Source: a virus (lineage: Duplodnaviria; Caudoviricetes). Taken from it: DNA of 30,009 bases. The stretch is from the IMG/VR virus record IMGVR_UViG_3300020161_002680, positions 1 through 30,009 of that record; one strand, 5' to 3'. The translations under genes and the position numbers were made by a program. Shown here in pieces: positions 27,453-30,009 of the stretch (position 1 is its first letter; each line of letters starts with the position of its first letter). A model generated the notes under the pieces. The model saw only the letters and a program-made list of their open reading frames with translations. It ran no database searches and had not been told where the DNA came from.

Positions 27453-28934
27453 ATGTCGGACGTAATTATAGAAAAAAAGAACGAAGTATATATTAAATTA
27501 ATTTGCGAACCTCATATTTTATATGAACTTCAGCCGTATTTTACCTTTGAGCTTGATAGTGCAAAGTTCATGTCACAGTATAAAAATACTGGGTGGAATG
27601 GGAGAATTAATTTATTGTCGGTATCTACTGGAGAAATTTACGTTGGATTACTAGATAAAGTCATAGCAAAATTAAAAAATCATGGATATTCATATGAATT
27701 TAAAGAAAATAAGTATTATGGACTTCCATTTGAAATTGACCCAGAAATAACAAGAGAAGGAGTAGAAGGTTATTTAAAAGTTATTTGTAAATCCCTAAAC
27801 CCATATGATTATCAAATAGATGCTGTGTATGAGTGTCTAAAATATAACAGAAAGACATTGATTTCGGCAACAAGTTCTGGGAAATCATATATGATATATT
27901 CACTCATAAGATATTATGTGAATAAAGGAATCAAAATTTTAGTTGTGTTTCCAACAACTAGTTTGATTCATCAAATGCATAAAGATTGGAGCAGTTATGG
28001 TTGGGATCCAGAAAATCATTGTCATATGATCTATTCGGGAAGAGAAAAAAATAGTGACTTTCCAATCACGTTATCAACTTGGCAAAGTATAAGTAAACTA
28101 GAAAAATCTTTTTTTGAAAAATACAATTGTGTAATTATTGATGAATGCCATACTTGCAAAAGTAAAAGCTTAATTGACATCATGAAAAAATCTCACAATG
28201 CAAAGTATAGATTTGGATTTACGGGAACTTTATCTAACGGTGGAAAGGATTCTCAAACTCACGAATGGGTAATTTCTGGATTATTTGGCCCTCAATATAA
28301 AGCAATTGGAACCAAAGAATTGATGGATAAAGGAAGAGCTGCACAATTAGATATAAACTGTTTATTATTAAAACATCCTCCCAAAAAATTTGATTCTTAC
28401 GAAGATGAAATTCAATTTATTATCAATAATGAAAAAAGAAATAATTTTATCAAAAATTTAGCAGTTAGTCTAAAGAAAAATACATTAATTTTATTTACAA
28501 GAGTAGATACTCATGGTAAAATAATTTATGATCTAATAAATAATACTGTTGGTGATACTCGAAAAGTATTTTTTGTACATGGTTCAGTTGATGTTGAAGT
28601 AAGAGAAGAAGTAAGAGCAATCACCGAAAGAGAAGCAGATGCAATTATTGTAGCGAGCTATGGTGTATTCAGTACTGGCATATCAATTAAAAATTTACAT
28701 TATGCAATAACGGCATCTCCATATAAATCAAAAATAAAAATATTACAAAGTATAGGAAGATTACTTAGATTGGGTAAAGATAAAAACAAAGCAGTTCTTT
28801 ATGATATTGTAGATGATTGTACTCACAATAACAGAAAAAATTATACGTTAAATCATTTTATAGAAAGAATAAAATTATACTCGGAGGAAAAATTCAACTA
28901 TGAAATCTTCACTATACCCTTTAACAAATCATAA
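27453..28934 (+). CDS. uvsW: SF2 DNA/RNA-DNA helicase UvsW
   Basis: Walker A ATSSGKS, motif Ia PTTSL, DECH, GFTGT, FSTGISI and QSIGRLLR. Confidence 0.95.
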   Translation: MSDVIIEKKNEVYIKLICEPHILYELQPYFTFELDSAKFMSQYKNTGWNGRINLLSVSTGEIYVGLLDKVIAKLKNHGYSYEFKENKYYGLPFEIDPEITREGVEGYLKVICKSLNPYDYQIDAVYECLKYNRKTLISATSSGKSYMIYSLIRYYVNKGIKILVVFPTTSLIHQMHKDWSSYGWDPENHCHMIYSGREKNSDFPITLSTWQSISKLEKSFFEKYNCVIIDECHTCKSKSLIDIMKKSHNAKYRFGFTGTLSNGGKDSQTHEWVISGLFGPQYKAIGTKELMDKGRAAQLDINCLLLKHPPKKFDSYEDEIQFIINNEKRNNFIKNLAVSLKKNTLILFTRVDTHGKIIYDLINNTVGDTRKVFFVHGSVDVEVREEVRAITEREADAIIVASYGVFSTGISIKNLHYAITASPYKSKIKILQSIGRLLRLGKDKNKAVLYDIVDDCTHNNRKNYTLNHFIERIKLYSEEKFNYEIFTIPFNKS

Positions 28935-29433
28935 ATCAATTATATATTGTTTTCATTGTATTGCTACCCACAAAAAATACATAGGAAAAACTACTGACGA
29001 AAAAAGAAGAATAACTCAACATCTTCGTAATTTTAATTATTCGTACAAAGGTAAAAGTAAATTTTATTCTGCTATCAAAAAATATGGAATAGAAAACTTC
29101 ATCTATGGAATAATTGAAGAATGTGATGAAAATCAATTAATAGAAAAAGAAATATATTATATTAATTTATACGATACATTTGATAATGGGCTAAACTCTG
29201 CTCCTGGCGGAGAAAGTGGGGGGAATCTCCATAGTGAAGAAACAAAAGAAAGAATGTCCATAAGCAGAAAAGGTAAAACACAATCCGAAGAATGGATTGC
29301 TAATAGAACAGAATCAAGAAAAAAGAACGGTACTTATAAATGGAGTGAGGAAAGTAGAGAAAAGGCAAGACAATCAAAATTAGGAAAACCTTCTTCTAAG
29401 AAGGGAAAAACATATTCTAAAAAAAATAAATAG
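28900..29433 (+). CDS. Seg-like GIY-YIG homing endonuclease with NUMOD3-type repeats
   Basis: IIY-x9-YIGKT...RITQH...KEIYYI...NGLN catalytic domain, then HSEETKERMS, QSEEWIANR and WSEESREKAR repeats. Confidence 0.85.
   Translation: MKSSLYPLTNHKSIIYCFHCIATHKKYIGKTTDEKRRITQHLRNFNYSYKGKSKFYSAIKKYGIENFIYGIIEECDENQLIEKEIYYINLYDTFDNGLNSAPGGESGGNLHSEETKERMSISRKGKTQSEEWIANRTESRKKNGTYKWSEESREKARQSKLGKPSSKKGKTYSKKNK
29426..29432 (+). promoter_or_regulatory. Putative late promoter (134-aa gene)
   Basis: ATAAATA overlapping the GIY-YIG stop codon. Confidence 0.55.
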
Positions 29434-29446
29434 ATTTTAACAAATA

Positions 29447-29851
29447 ATGGAAGAAGATTTTTATGCCAGTATAAAACTCATGACAGGAGAAGAAATTTTT
29501 AGTAAGGTAGCGGCAACGGAAGAAAATAATACTACCTTATTAATTTTATCCGATCCAATAATAATAACAGAAATTAAAACAAAACAAGGAATTGGATATA
29601 AAATAGAACCTTGGATGAAGACTACTACTGACGATATGTTTATTATTGATATATCTAACGTATTAACTATGACAGAATCTTATGATGAAGATATAATTTC
29701 TATGCATCAAAAGTATGTACATAAAAAAATAAACAATATGTTAGAAAATGATAAACATCCAAATATGGCTAAAGTTACTAAACAGATGGGATATATTAAT
29801 AATGTAGATGAAGCTAAGTTAATTCTAGAAAAGATATACAAAGAATCTTAA
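29447..29851 (+). CDS. Conserved T4-like hypothetical protein (Sm-like fold; usually between uvsW and gp55)
   Basis: FYASIKLMTGEEIFSKV...IEPWMK...MGYINNVDEAKLILEKIY; synteny. Confidence 0.75.
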   Translation: MEEDFYASIKLMTGEEIFSKVAATEENNTTLLILSDPIIITEIKTKQGIGYKIEPWMKTTTDDMFIIDISNVLTMTESYDEDIISMHQKYVHKKINNMLENDKHPNMAKVTKQMGYINNVDEAKLILEKIYKES

Positions 29852-29853
29852 TC

Positions 29854-29883
29854 GTTTCCTTCGGAAACCTTTCCTACGGAAAG
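29854..29883. repeat. Two abutting 15-bp palindromes (6-bp stem, 3-nt loop)
   Basis: GTTTCC-TTC-GGAAAC followed directly by CTTTCC-TAC-GGAAAG. Confidence 0.85.
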
Positions 29884-29947
29884 TATTATTTGTTTCTTAT
29901 ATTATATAAAGTTAATAGTTACTGGTGGTTTCATCGCTAACAAAGCT

Positions 29948-29976
29948 ATTATACACCATTTCCAAAACCTTGTCAA
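29948..29976 (-). promoter_or_regulatory. Perfect-consensus sigma70 promoter, antisense to the late genes
   Basis: Minus strand reads TTGACA-aggttttggaaatggtg (17 nt)-TATAAT. Confidence 0.8.
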
Positions 29977-30009
29977 CCCCCCCCCCCCCCCCTCCCCCAA
30001 AAAAAAAAA

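Noticed and set aside
27860-28150. UvsW variants SATSSGKS and DECH as signs of inactivation
   Set aside because: Both still fit the SF2 GKS and DExH consensus.
29977-30009. Poly-C then poly-A tail as a functional element (G-quadruplex or phase-variable tract)
   Set aside because: Homopolymers at the extreme window end are likely where assembly broke. Only the first few C's are corroborated by the similar motif at 26392-26396.
1-30009. tRNA, rRNA, CRISPR array or integrase/att site
   Set aside because: Intergenic gaps are short, and I saw no cloverleaf, spaced repeat array or recombinase motif by eye.

Overview
AT-rich segment of a T4-like myovirus genome, most similar in gene order and sequence style to cyanomyoviruses (Kyanoviridae-like). 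It carries the virion morphogenesis block, nearly all on the + strand: 3' part of gp8, a 2457-aa VrlC/DUF4815-type structural protein, two small conserved ORFs, gp13, gp14, gp15, gp16, a modular 558-aa hypothetical protein, gp17, gp18, gp19, gp20, two small ORFs, gp21, gp22, gp23, gp3, uvsY, uvsW and a conserved Sm-like hypothetical gene. Two free-standing endonuclease genes are inserted: a Hef/Vsr-like one on the - strand after gp23 and a GIY-YIG/NUMOD3 one after uvsW. The main finding is that the large terminase gene is fractured into two ORFs inside its Walker A motif (PRQSGK|STT). The halves carry an atypically split intein (39-aa IntN, 115-aa IntC, Ser+1) and are bridged by an unannotated 27-codon CxxC mini-ORF that looks like the remnant of a deleted endonuclease. 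Other points of interest: a perfect sigma70 promoter with no apparent gene, firing antisense across an AT-rich tract into two tandem C(GNA)G hairpins; a nuclease fused to a possible Mom/GNAT-like domain; a G-I-x-T/S motif recurring across structural proteins; and a probably chimeric first ~70 bp. All family assignments come from motif recognition and synteny by eye; no database searches were run.
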